Under the pieces are notes generated by a model that was given only the letters and a program-made list of their open reading frames with translations, did no database searches and was not told where the DNA came from. A DNA stretch of 34,842 bases from Planctomycetota bacterium (GTDB lineage Bacteria; Planctomycetota; Phycisphaerae; WQYP01): NCBI GenBank assembly GCA_021780285.1, contig JAJXZA010000064.1, positions 1 through 34,842 of the forward strand. Reading direction: 5' to 3'. Position numbers and translations under genes: made by a program. Shown here piece by piece: positions 1 through 9,025 of this stretch; the stretch's first letter is position 1, and every line of letters starts with the position of its first letter.

Positions 1-1063
1 AACTGACCAAAGCCTCGAGGTTTTCAAAATAATGCATGTTGTGCGAGCAAACATTGTTTTCGCCCTGATACCAGATGGCCCCACGAATGGCATATGGAAT
101 CAGCGGAGCGATCATGCCGTTAAAGAGCGTGGTGGGGTTTTGGTGCGGATCGGGCTGCCACTCTTTGGCGGGAATATGGTAATTGTAAGCGTGCGGTGCG
201 GCGATCAAATCCACCGGTGGGGCCGGCCGCTGGGGCAGTGGTTTGCCGTTCTTTTTGGCAACCGCAGCGGCCTTAAGCCAGCGGCGCAAAGCTGCGCGGT
301 ATGCGTTATCCAGCTTACGCTGATGAGCCATTTCGGTTGCGAGCCATTGCCGGGTTCGCTTCAATGCGGGCAGGTGGGCGAACCCAACGGCCGGCGTCCA
401 GGCCTCGATGTGCGTACCGCTCCAATCGGACTCCAGGAGTCCCACGGGCACGTGTAATTTATTGTGCAGCTGGCGGCCAAATAAATATCCCACCGCTGAA
501 AAGCCCGCGACATTTTTTGGGGTGCACACCTGCCATGTGGCCGGAGCGGTTTTCTTTGGCGACCCCGAAAAATTTTTCTCCAGCGTCGGCACAAAATATA
601 ACCGAATGTGCGGATGAGTGGCCCGCTTAAGCAGCGGCAGCAAATTGGTTCGATGAAACCAGCCGGCCATGGGGTACTGCATGTTGGATTGGCCGGAACA
701 CAGCCAGACTTCGCCCACGAGAATATCGTCGAGTTTAATGACCTTGGAGCCAGAGGAAACGGTCATAACCTGCGGGGTGACGTCCACAGCCAAGGGGGCA
801 AGTTTAATCATCCACGCCCCATCGGCCTTGGCGGTTGTGCGTACGCTTTGCCCGGCGAACCGAACCTTCACCGTCGCGCCCGGTTTGGCCCAACCCCACA
901 CCGGCACCGGCATGCCGCACTGCAGCACCGCGTGGTCGGCAAACATGGTCGAAAGTTTAAGGTTGCCGGCGATAGCCGCGGAAGTTGCCGCAGTTAATGC
1001 CACAACAAAAGCACACACATGAATCATGTTCCAAGGATGATGCGACAAACGGGTAAATTGCAT
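1..1063 (-). CDS. sialate O-acetylesterase-like (SASA/DUF303-type) carbohydrate esterase, N-terminal part; C-terminus lies beyond the window start
   Basis: Absent from the ORF track because it runs off the window edge. My translation of the minus strand from ATG at 1063 (AAGGAG 6 nt upstream) stays open to position 1. It begins MQFTRLSHHPWNMIHVCAFVVALTAATSAAIAGNLKLSTMFADHAVLQ (signal peptide). It then shows GEVWLCSGQSNM and AIWYQGENN, the signature blocks of this esterase family. Confidence 0.8.
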   Translation of the reverse strand, partial: MQFTRLSHHPWNMIHVCAFVVALTAATSAAIAGNLKLSTMFADHAVLQCGMPVPVWGWAKPGATVKVRFAGQSVRTTAKADGAWMIKLAPLAVDVTPQVMTVSSGSKVIKLDDILVGEVWLCSGQSNMQYPMAGWFHRTNLLPLLKRATHPHIRLYFVPTLEKNFSGSPKKTAPATWQVCTPKNVAGFSAVGYLFGRQLHNKLHVPVGLLESDWSGTHIEAWTPAVGFAHLPALKRTRQWLATEMAHQRKLDNAYRAALRRWLKAAAVAKKNGKPLPQRPAPPVDLIAAPHAYNYHIPAKEWQPDPHQNPTTLFNGMIAPLIPYAIRGAIWYQGENNVCSHNMHYFENLEALVS

Positions 1064-1485
1064 GCATTACTCCTTATGAAAAGGCAAATAGGTTTGTATT
1101 TTATATTCAGTTCATGGGTGCGTAAAGTGAAAAAAATCATGGAACATACATTTTCCATCGTTAACGTACAACGACAATGGAGGCACTTTTTTGCCAAATA
1201 CGCCAGCAATAACAGTTCACCAACATCACAGACCGAACACGCCCGTGGGCCAGAACTTCGCGAGGTTGCCGCTTTTGGCTTAACCGTCGCTGGCTTGCCT
1301 TTTTTGACAATATTTTGTACATTTAATGGTCTTGACTACGGAGCGAAAGCTGTTTGCCGCTTTCATCCGCAGGGCTTGCAGGCACTGCGAGCCGTTTAGG
1401 GCACTACAGCCTTCAACGAGAGAAGGCCAAACATTGCGGGCATTGTGCCGCAGCAGTGTTGATATGAAATTGCAGGAGAACCAAC

Positions 1486-1743
1486 ATGGCGCATAAAAAA
1501 GGGCAAGGCTCAACCCATAACGGACGCGACAGCAACCCGAAGTATCTGGGCATTAAAGCCTATGCCGGCGAAGTCGTCACAACCGGCTCGATCATCGTGC
1601 GGCAGCGCGGCACCAAGTTCAAAGCCGGCAAAAATGTCGGTCTCGCCCGCGACGACTCGCTCTTCGCTCTTTCCGATGGCACAGTACACTTTGCCACCAA
1701 TCGCAAGGTTTCGGTAGAGCCTCTGCCGGCAGCAACCGCCTAA
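1486..1743 (+). CDS. rpmA: 50S ribosomal protein L27
   Basis: 85 aa. [24 protein letters not shown]...[12 protein letters not shown] is the canonical L27 N-terminus. GGAG lies upstream of the ATG. Confidence 0.97.
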   Translation: MAHKKGQGSTHNGRDSNPKYLGIKAYAGEVVTTGSIIVRQRGTKFKAGKNVGLARDDSLFALSDGTVHFATNRKVSVEPLPAATA

Positions 1744-1789
1744 GCGCCTCGCCATGCCCGCATGGGCCGACAATATTTGTACGCAGGTT

Positions 1790-1822
1790 AAAGTCCCGGC
1801 TTACCCAAGCCGGGACTTTTTT
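1790..1822. terminator. rho-independent terminator shared by convergent rpmA (+) and the DUF89 gene (-)
   Basis: GTCCCGGCTT (1793-1802) and AAGCCGGGAC (1807-1816) form a 10-bp stem with an ACCC loop. A T6 run follows on the + strand. On the minus strand only TTT follows the stem. Confidence 0.75.
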
Positions 1823-1835
1823 ATGGCAGCTTGCA

Positions 1836-2909
1836 TCATGGCCGCAGCGCTGCGGAGGGCGGCCTGAACCGCAACACCACATCAAATACCTTGCCCTGAT
1901 GCCGCTCGGCAATAATGCGTTCCTTGATCATGCACATGTTGACGGCGTCAACTGTAAGAGCCGCGTCAAAGTTGCTTTCAAGCCCGCGCCCCATGCCCTG
2001 AAAAATAACGAGGTCTGCATCGCGTGCTTCATAGTTGCACCAGTCTGAAACATGGCGGAGATCAATCAGTGGTGTGCCGCCGCCTGATGCCGCGGCATAA
2101 ATGCGCCGGGCCGCCAGCAACCGCTTAAGCTCGGCGTCGTGCTCGCCCAGCGTGCGCAGCAGCGGGCCAAGTTCTTGAAACGTAATGTCATTAAGCGAAG
2201 GAAGGCTGTTGGCCAGCAGGCACACGCGTGTGCCGCGCTTTGCGAGGAGCCGTGCCAGCGGCACCATTCCCAGCACGATATCGCTGCCGGCGTTGTCTAC
2301 AAATATCAGAGCCTTTTGATGAGCCGGATTGGCCGTCATGCGGCGTGCGAAAGCGTCAAAATCATCTACCAGCCAGGGACGTTTACCGCCGACCTCGGTG
2401 CGGATCTTAAAAAAGTCAGGCGAGTTGTCGGTAAACATGCCGGCGGTTGCGGTAGCACCCATATCAAAAATATTGCCGGCAAATGCGCCTTCCACCGCCA
2501 GAAGCAAAGCCTCCAAAAAGTCACTATGCCCATCGAGTTCGCTTGCAACCTGTGCAAACAACGGCACCATGGCGGCATTTTCACGGGCTTTCATTTTGGC
2601 AAAGGCGTCGGGAATGCCATGGCTGCGCAGGGCCTGCTCGCGCAGGATGCCCAGGACTTCCAAATCTAAAGCGCCCAGCATATCGGGTTTTTGCCGGAGC
2701 GCTGCAAGCTGCGAATTAAGCGATTCTTGAGCCCGCAAAGCGGCTTCGCGTCCGGCTGGGCCGTAGGTTTCGGCGGCAAGCTCAACAATAAGATTGAAGT
2801 GCTCGGCAAAAGTGGTAAGCCAATGTTCGCGGAACTCTGCATCCACCAGCATGTTCTGCGGGCAGGGGCGATATGTTTGCGGCGACGAAAGCAGTTGAAA
2901 TAAAGGCAT
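1836..2909 (-). CDS. DUF89 (ARMT1-like) damage-control phosphatase family protein
   Basis: The blocks IFVDNAGSDIVLGMVPLARLL and LVIFQGMGRGLESN resemble DUF89 metal-dependent phosphatases of the PanK4/At2g17340-like subtype (recognised from memory). The ORF extends to 2957. I prefer the ATG at 2909 (MPLFQLL...) but the start is uncertain. Confidence 0.75.
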   Translation of the reverse strand: MPLFQLLSSPQTYRPCPQNMLVDAEFREHWLTTFAEHFNLIVELAAETYGPAGREAALRAQESLNSQLAALRQKPDMLGALDLEVLGILREQALRSHGIPDAFAKMKARENAAMVPLFAQVASELDGHSDFLEALLLAVEGAFAGNIFDMGATATAGMFTDNSPDFFKIRTEVGGKRPWLVDDFDAFARRMTANPAHQKALIFVDNAGSDIVLGMVPLARLLAKRGTRVCLLANSLPSLNDITFQELGPLLRTLGEHDAELKRLLAARRIYAAASGGGTPLIDLRHVSDWCNYEARDADLVIFQGMGRGLESNFDAALTVDAVNMCMIKERIIAERHQGKVFDVVLRFRPPSAALRP

Positions 2910-3204
2910 GCGCCGATTCTCGCCGCCGCATCCCGCCTCTGCAAGTCTTGCAGCCAACCCGCACAGCCTGCATTGTATGCGTTCTGCGTTGTGTGCCTAA
3001 TTTTTACACACTTGCCTGTTTGCTGACCATTTTTTGCGGCTGGCATCCCCGGGAACCTTACCATTTATGCTGGTTGCGGGCCTTTTGTCGTAATCAGCCG
3101 CTTCTACGTGGCAGCGGCACAGTATTTGCTTTGGTTAACGGACGCAGGGCGGGTTCGTAAACTCGCGGGGTTTTTTTGGTTCCTTTTTATAGGAGAACAC
3201 TCTC

Positions 3205-4659
3205 ATGCCACAACTCAAGAAGGTGAGAAGCGCGGTCGCTATGGCCGCCATGCTGGTTTCGGCCAGCGCCGTGTGGGCCACCAGCCCGCAGGGGCCAACC
3301 GTAAGCTTGGACGATACCACTACGGCTACAGCGGCCGCTCCGGCGCCAACGCCGCCGCCACCTCCGCCGCCGCTGCTGTCGTATGGCTTGGAGCAAATTC
3401 CCACCGGCAACGGCAGCAACCTGTACCAGGATATGAGCAACCTCAACATCGTGGTCTCCGGATTCATTGAAGCGGGCTATACCGCCAACTTCGACCACGT
3501 GGCGGGCACCAATAATTTTGGACGCATTTTTGACGCTGAAAATGGCAACCACATTCAGCTTGACCAGGTGGACGTTTCCATTGCCAAAGCCATTAACTTC
3601 AGCGATGCCGGTTTTCGCAAGCGCGGCTGGGACATCGGCGGAAGGGTTGAAGTACTCTACGGTATGGATGCCGACGTCATACACTCCAACGGCCTCGACT
3701 TTTATCATGGCAATTCGTATTACGCATCAGGTCAGAACCCATACAAGCCCATTAATCAGTTTGACGTAGACCAGGCCTACGTGTCGCTGGCAATGCCTCT
3801 GTTTGACACGGGCGGTGTGAAGGTGCGGCTTGGCAAATTCGTCACTCCATTTGGCGACGAAACCATCAACCCGACCACCAACCCATTTTATTCGCACAGT
3901 TTTGAGTTCAACTACGGTATTCCGCTGACCCACACCGGCGCGGTTGCCTATTTTTCACCCAATGCAGATTGGACTTTCTTTGGCGGCGCGGTGTTGGGTT
4001 GGAACCAAACCTTTAAGGCGACCAACAATTCACCGTGGGGCTTTCTGGGAGGCGTAAATTGGACGCCGCAGGAAGCGGCGTTTTCCGGCCTGACCGGCAC
4101 GCTGAACTATTACCTCGGCGCAAATGACCCCAACTACCCAAGTTCCAGCTATGGCGATAACAAGCACTATCGCTCGCTGACTGAAGTTATTCTGGCCTAT
4201 ACGCCGCCCAAAGCCACCCAATGGACTTTTACGTCCGATTCGATTTGGGGCTACGATGGTGCCGGTAAGACTGATTACTCCGCCGGCGGCACGCCCATCG
4301 GCGTAAGCAGCACCAACTGGTATGCGGAAGAAGGCGTCGTCTCGTATACGCTCAACAGCTATGTTACGGTTAATGGCCGAGCCGAATGGTATTACGACGG
4401 CAACAGCTTTACCGTCGGCGGCGACCTGCCGGCCGGCACGTCGGGCGTATCGGTTAACTATGGCGAGTTTACGATTGGCGCCACCATTACGCCATTCCCC
4501 AATTCCACCTGGGGCAAATACCTCAAGCTGCGGCCTGAACTCCGCGAAGACGTCGCCGACAAGGCCGTATTCCAAGGCGGCGCAGCGGCCGGCGTGAGCA
4601 GCGGCGTGGGCAAAAAGTACCAGACAACCGCAGCCATGGATGTCATTTACTCATTCTAA
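3205..4659 (+). CDS. outer-membrane beta-barrel porin, OmpL-like (bbp2-type)
   Basis: 484 aa. Signal peptide MPQLKKVRSAVAMAAMLVSASAVWA, then a Pro-rich linker (APAPTPPPPPPP). The block GFIEAGYTANFD...NHIQLDQVDVS is typical of porin-2 family barrels. Alternating aromatic and Gly strands are present and the C-terminus is ...VIYSF. AGGAG RBS. Confidence 0.75.
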   Translation: MPQLKKVRSAVAMAAMLVSASAVWATSPQGPTVSLDDTTTATAAAPAPTPPPPPPPLLSYGLEQIPTGNGSNLYQDMSNLNIVVSGFIEAGYTANFDHVAGTNNFGRIFDAENGNHIQLDQVDVSIAKAINFSDAGFRKRGWDIGGRVEVLYGMDADVIHSNGLDFYHGNSYYASGQNPYKPINQFDVDQAYVSLAMPLFDTGGVKVRLGKFVTPFGDETINPTTNPFYSHSFEFNYGIPLTHTGAVAYFSPNADWTFFGGAVLGWNQTFKATNNSPWGFLGGVNWTPQEAAFSGLTGTLNYYLGANDPNYPSSSYGDNKHYRSLTEVILAYTPPKATQWTFTSDSIWGYDGAGKTDYSAGGTPIGVSSTNWYAEEGVVSYTLNSYVTVNGRAEWYYDGNSFTVGGDLPAGTSGVSVNYGEFTIGATITPFPNSTWGKYLKLRPELREDVADKAVFQGGAAAGVSSGVGKKYQTTAAMDVIYSF

Positions 4660-4690
4660 ATCTCCTCAACAACCTACAACCTGCAAACTT

Positions 4691-4727
4691 GGGGCGGGAT
4701 ACCTTTGGTGTCCCGCCCTTTTCATTT
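4691..4727 (+). terminator. rho-independent terminator after the porin gene
   Basis: GGGCGGGA (4692-4699) pairs with TCCCGCCC (4711-4718) around an 11-nt loop. TTTTCATTT follows. Confidence 0.75.
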
Positions 4728-4796
4728 GCGCCCGACTGAGAATGGGCGGCAACGGCCACTATTGCCCTTGCCCGTGCTCTCGAGTCACGCTTTTAT

Positions 4797-4910
4797 GGCT
4801 AGTGCTCTATCACAACATAATTTTAGGATTGAGGCAGGAACCCCGGCGTCTCTGGGTGTGCCTTTCGAGAGGCAGTCATCCTAAAATATTGCTGTGACAG
4901 AGCACTTGCC
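4797..4910 (+). repeat. long imperfect inverted repeat (about 33-bp hairpin with a 48-nt apex) in the leader of the SDR genes
   Basis: Left arm 4801-4829 is AGTGCTCTATCACAACATAATTTTAGGAT. Right arm 4878-4906 is ATCCTAAAATATTGCTGTGACAGAGCACT. About 24 of 29 positions are complementary. GGC/GCC at 4797-4799 and 4908-4910 extends the stem. The apex carries GAGGCAG twice. Confidence 0.6.
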
Positions 4911-4957
4911 GCGGTTAAGATGTCGGCCAAGAGCCGTTAACCGCAGGACAGCGTTTC

Positions 4958-5692
4958 ATGAACTTATCCGGCAAAGCAGCAATGGTAACTGGCGCTGCCA
5001 AACGCATTGGGCGGGAGGTGGCTCTTACGCTCGCCCGTGCGGGATGCGATGTTATTGTCCATTATGGAACCTCAGCGCCGGAAGCGGCCTCGCTGGCTGC
5101 CGAAATTACCGCGCTGGGACGACGGGCCATGGTGCTGCAAGCCCATCTCGATCGGCCTGCGGACCTGCGCCGGCTGGCGGCAGCGGCCCAAAGGCGGTTT
5201 GGCCGGGTGGATGTGCTTGTTAACAACGCATCAATGTTTTTTCCGATAGCTTTGGGCGACATCACGCCGAAAGCCATGCAGCAATTATTTGCACTCAACA
5301 CCGTTGCACCGCTGCTGTTGTCCCAGGCAATTCTGCCCGGCATGAAACGCCGCCGCTGCGGCAAAATCATCAACCTGCTGGATATTTCAGTCGAGCGCCC
5401 GTGGCCCGGCTATATGGCGTACTGCGCCAGCAAGGCCGCGCTCTGGTCGCTTACGCAATCTCTGGCGATTGCCGCGGCTCCGCATGTTCAGGTCAACGGC
5501 ATATGCCCGGGGGCCATCTTGTGGCACAAGGGGCAGAGCAAAGCCGATATTCGCCGCCAGACGGCTCGCATCCCCGCAAAACGGCGCGGCGGGCCGCAAG
5601 ACATTGCCGCCGCCGTGGTGTATCTTTGTCAGACGGATTACGTCACCGGCCAGAAACTCGTGGTGGACGGCGGACGCTCGGCAACCTGGTAA
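4958..5692 (+). CDS. SDR-family oxidoreductase, pteridine-reductase/FolM-like
   Basis: 244 aa. TGAAKRIGREVA cofactor motif, VIVHYGTS, NNAS, and catalytic YCASKAAL. Confidence 0.85.
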   Translation: MNLSGKAAMVTGAAKRIGREVALTLARAGCDVIVHYGTSAPEAASLAAEITALGRRAMVLQAHLDRPADLRRLAAAAQRRFGRVDVLVNNASMFFPIALGDITPKAMQQLFALNTVAPLLLSQAILPGMKRRRCGKIINLLDISVERPWPGYMAYCASKAALWSLTQSLAIAAAPHVQVNGICPGAILWHKGQSKADIRRQTARIPAKRRGGPQDIAAAVVYLCQTDYVTGQKLVVDGGRSATW

Positions 5693-5761
5693 AAATCGCG
5701 TGCCGCGGCCTGTTCGGCGCGATGCGACATTATGAACGTCCATGCTTAACAGGAGCAAAGC

Positions 5762-6562
5762 ATGATTAACCTGGCCGGTAAAACCGTCGTGATCACCGGG
5801 GCATCTTCAGGCATCGGCGCAGCCGCCGCGCTCGCGTTTGCCAAACGCGGCGCCAAACTGGTGCTGGGCGCCCGGCGAACCGATAAACTCACGGCCGTGG
5901 CCGAGCAGGCCCATGCGCTGGGAGCCGATGTTGTCGCGCACCCCTGCGATGTAAGCCGGCGCGATCAGGTTCAAGCGCTCTTGCATCTTGCGATTGAAAA
6001 ATTCGGCCGGCTGGATGTGGCCATCGCCAACGCCGGCTTTGGGTTTGTCGCCCGCGTACACGAAAGCGACGAGGCGCAGATTGACGAAATCTGGCGCGTC
6101 AATGTGCTTGGAACATGGTATGTCATGGCCGAAGCCGCCAACATCATGCTGCCCCGAAAAAGCGGCCACATCATTGCGGTATCTTCGGCGGCGGCGAGGC
6201 GCTCGCTTCCCACCATGGGGTTTTATTCTCTTACCAAGGCCGCACAGCTTTCTCTGGTGGAGGCGCAGCGTGTGGAGTTGCGCAGCACCGGCATTAAAGT
6301 AAGCTCCGTACACCCCATTACGACACAAACGGATTTTTTTGATGAGGCCTCGCGCCGCAGCCGCACACGCATCAGCGGTGTGGGCAAGAGCCAGACGGCC
6401 CAGCTCGTTGGCGAAAAGATCGCCCGCCTTGCCGAGCGCCCCAAACCGGAACTCTGGCCTTTTGCCCCCAGCCGCCTCGCTCTGGTTTTTTCGAGCGCAC
6501 TGCCGCGGTTGACCGATCATATGATGGCCAAAATGTTGCCCAGTAGAAACAAAACTGACTGA
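5762..6562 (+). CDS. classical SDR-family oxidoreductase
   Basis: 266 aa. TGASSGIGAAAA (TGxxxGIG), NAG, and YSLTKAA (YxxxK). AGGAG RBS. Confidence 0.85.
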   Translation: MINLAGKTVVITGASSGIGAAAALAFAKRGAKLVLGARRTDKLTAVAEQAHALGADVVAHPCDVSRRDQVQALLHLAIEKFGRLDVAIANAGFGFVARVHESDEAQIDEIWRVNVLGTWYVMAEAANIMLPRKSGHIIAVSSAAARRSLPTMGFYSLTKAAQLSLVEAQRVELRSTGIKVSSVHPITTQTDFFDEASRRSRTRISGVGKSQTAQLVGEKIARLAERPKPELWPFAPSRLALVFSSALPRLTDHMMAKMLPSRNKTD

Positions 6563-6612
6563 TATGGAGCTATTTCGCCGCCCGGCCGCCCGCCCTGCGA
6601 CGAGCAACCATC

Positions 6613-7581
6613 ATGAAACGCTTGGCCTGGCTGTTAACCGTTGTTGTGCCCATTGCGGCGATTTTTTTCTTGGCGCGTTTTTTGCCGCAGCGGCCTCGTG
6701 CCGCACACATTATCGCTCCGCCGCCCGCACCCATCGTTCACCCGCACGCGCTCACGGTGGTGACTATTAATCTCGGCGCCGCGGAGCCGCAGAATCAGGG
6801 CAGCATCGCCGCCCGGCGTCAGCGCCTGCTGTTAAACATCCTCTACCGCCGCCAGCCCGATATTGTTGCCATGCAGGCCTGTCTGCCGGCACAGGCGGCG
6901 TTCTTCGCCCACTATTTGCCGTACGATAATCATTATCCGCCGGCGGCACGCCCTGGCCTGAACCTGCTTAACAGCCTCTCGCAGGCGCTGGAAACCTGGA
7001 ATCAGATTTTTTACCGCAAAGATCGCTTCACCGCCGTTACCGGATCGTTTGGGCTGGTACGGCCGAACCATCTTGCCGCCAACGCCACGGAAAACACCTA
7101 CTATTCCATGGTGCTGCTGCGCGATCGCAAACATATTCTGCCGGATATTATTGTGGCCGACGTGCACCTGCGCCATGGCATACCCGGCGCTATCGCAGCT
7201 GCGGCGCGAATGCAGCAGCGCATTCGGGCATTGTGGAGCCGCTACCCGAGCGCTCAAGTGATTTTTCTGGGCGATATGAACCATCCCAAAACCATTACCC
7301 GGCTCTACGCCAACCTGCTGGGTGCGCAATTCGGCGACGGCCCGCATGGCTCGCTGGTGGACGCGTTCGACTACGCCGCCCGCCCGCATGGCGTACTTTG
7401 GGGAACCTGGCAGGACTTTATAGGCAAACCCGTGCTGAAGCTGCCGACCGATCTCATCTTCCTGAGCCGCGGCTGGCACTACACGCCCGCCCAAATTTGG
7501 CGCGATCACTTAGCCAACGGCCTGTACCCAAGCGACCACTACCCTGTGGCGGTAAAACTGCGATGGAAGCCGGCACCCTGA
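6613..7581 (+). CDS. endonuclease/exonuclease/phosphatase (EEP) family protein with N-terminal signal or anchor
   Basis: 322 aa. Hydrophobic N-terminus LAWLLTVVVPIAAIFFLA. VVTINLG near the start, DIVAMQ, FLGDMN, and the terminal SDHYPVAVKL motif typical of the EEP fold. Confidence 0.8.
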   Translation: MKRLAWLLTVVVPIAAIFFLARFLPQRPRAAHIIAPPPAPIVHPHALTVVTINLGAAEPQNQGSIAARRQRLLLNILYRRQPDIVAMQACLPAQAAFFAHYLPYDNHYPPAARPGLNLLNSLSQALETWNQIFYRKDRFTAVTGSFGLVRPNHLAANATENTYYSMVLLRDRKHILPDIIVADVHLRHGIPGAIAAAARMQQRIRALWSRYPSAQVIFLGDMNHPKTITRLYANLLGAQFGDGPHGSLVDAFDYAARPHGVLWGTWQDFIGKPVLKLPTDLIFLSRGWHYTPAQIWRDHLANGLYPSDHYPVAVKLRWKPAP

Positions 7582-7858
7582 AGGGGTATGACGTCCGCAG
7601 CAGCAGGGGACTTTATTGCACGCACAAGCAATTGCGTATTACACATTTTATTTTTCTTTTTTATATATTATATGGTCTTATTGGCGATAATATTGCCGAT
7701 GGCCTCGGTATCAGATTGAATGCACCGCGCGCTATGGTAAAAACTCCACCGCAAGCAGGTGGTAATTTTTGGCAAATCTGCCCATAATGCTTAATTCGGC
7801 CAAATTGGTGGAGCCAGCGGCAAGCATCCACTTGCGGCCTCAAACGAGGTTTATCTGC

Positions 7859-8938
7859 ATGATCGTTATCCTGAAGCCTGATGCCAGCGACGCGCTGGTG
7901 CAAGACATTGTCTCGCAAATCGAGACGCTGGGCCTGCAGGCGCATCTTTCTAAAGGGCAGTTTCGCACAGTTATTGGCGTTGTCGGCGAAGAAGGCAAGG
8001 TAGATAAAGAACACCTCCTATCCATCAATGGTGTCGAGCAGGTATTGCCCATTATGAAGCCCTACAAACTCGCAAGCCGCGAGTTTCATAAGGCCGACCT
8101 GGTGATTAGCATTCCATGCCCCAGCGGCGGCACGCTGAAAGTCGGCGGGGCACATTGCCTGGCTATTGCCGGCCCATGCGCCTGCGAAAACGAGCAGATG
8201 GTGCACACCATCGCCCGCGAAATTAAGGCCGCCGGCGCTGCGGTACTGCGCGGCGGAGCCTATAAACCCCGCACCAGCCCTTACAGTTTTCAGGGCCATG
8301 GCGAAGAAGCGCTCAAGTGGCTGCGCGATGCCGGCCGCGAAAACAACATGCCCGTTATTACCGAAGTTATGGACACGCGCCATGTGGCGGTTATTGAACG
8401 ATACACCGATATTTTTCAAATCGGCGCCCGCAACATGCAGAACTTCAACCTGCTTTTTGAAGTTGGCAAAACACGCAAGCCCGTGGTGCTTAAGCGCGGC
8501 ATGGCCGCTTCCATTCAGGAATGGCTTATGAGCGCGGAATACATTTTAAGCCAGGGCAATCGAGAAGTTATTTTATGCGAGCGCGGCATCAAAACGTTTG
8601 AAACCGCCCTGCGTTACACGCTTGATATTTCTGCTGTGCCGGTGGTCAAGGCCAACAGCCATCTGCCGGTGATTGTAGACCCCAGCCACGCCAGCGGCGT
8701 GCGCGAGTTTGTGCCGGCGCTGGCGCAGGCCGGCCTCGCCGCCGGGGCCGATGGCATTATGGTTGAAGTGCATGATTGCCCCAGCAAAGCCATGTGCGAC
8801 GGCCCGCAGGCGCTGCTGCCCAACCAGTTTGCCGACATGATGCGCAAACTCAACGATATCGCCCATGTGTTTAATCGCTCATTTTCGTCGGTGTCGGCGG
8901 CAAAGGTGGGCGGTGCTCCGGTGGGCGCGGCCCAATAA
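7859..8938 (+). CDS. aroF: 3-deoxy-7-phosphoheptulonate (DAHP) synthase, type I-beta with N-terminal ferredoxin-like regulatory domain
   Basis: The catalytic core shows LRGGAYKPRTSPYSFQG, KRG, DPSHA and MVEVH. I chose the ATG at 7859 (MIVILKPDAS...), which resembles the Thermotoga-type regulatory domain. The track ORF begins at 7769. Confidence 0.9.
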   Translation: MIVILKPDASDALVQDIVSQIETLGLQAHLSKGQFRTVIGVVGEEGKVDKEHLLSINGVEQVLPIMKPYKLASREFHKADLVISIPCPSGGTLKVGGAHCLAIAGPCACENEQMVHTIAREIKAAGAAVLRGGAYKPRTSPYSFQGHGEEALKWLRDAGRENNMPVITEVMDTRHVAVIERYTDIFQIGARNMQNFNLLFEVGKTRKPVVLKRGMAASIQEWLMSAEYILSQGNREVILCERGIKTFETALRYTLDISAVPVVKANSHLPVIVDPSHASGVREFVPALAQAGLAAGADGIMVEVHDCPSKAMCDGPQALLPNQFADMMRKLNDIAHVFNRSFSSVSAAKVGGAPVGAAQ

Positions 8939-9025
8939 CTGGTTATGACCGCGAACACACGCTCGCACCCGAAACTTTTGAAAGCAAATGATCGCAACCC
9001 ATAAACGCAAAGGAAAACATATCCC

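Noticed and set aside
1304-1332. TTGACA at 1304-1309 as the rpmA promoter -35 box
   Set aside because: No acceptable -10 hexamer lies at 16-18 bp spacing (TGGTCT at 17 bp; TTTAAT at only 12 bp). It is not supportable from sequence alone.
1019-1399. 126-aa ORF on the + strand in the esterase/rpmA spacer
   Set aside because: It overlaps the esterase start region, has no RBS, no recognisable family and atypical composition. It is not L21.
5807-6607. 266-aa ORF on the - strand, the same length as the SDR on the + strand
   Set aside because: The + frame has TGASSGIG, NAG and YSLTKAA motifs and an AGGAG RBS. The minus frame has no motifs and shadow-frame composition.
7734-7787. 17-codon ORF (MVKTPPQAGGNFWQICP) as an aromatic-amino-acid leader peptide for DAHP synthase
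   Set aside because: It has only one Phe and one Trp codon and no RBS. It is simply the tail of a long shadow ORF (7233-7787). It does not meet the pattern of attenuation leaders.
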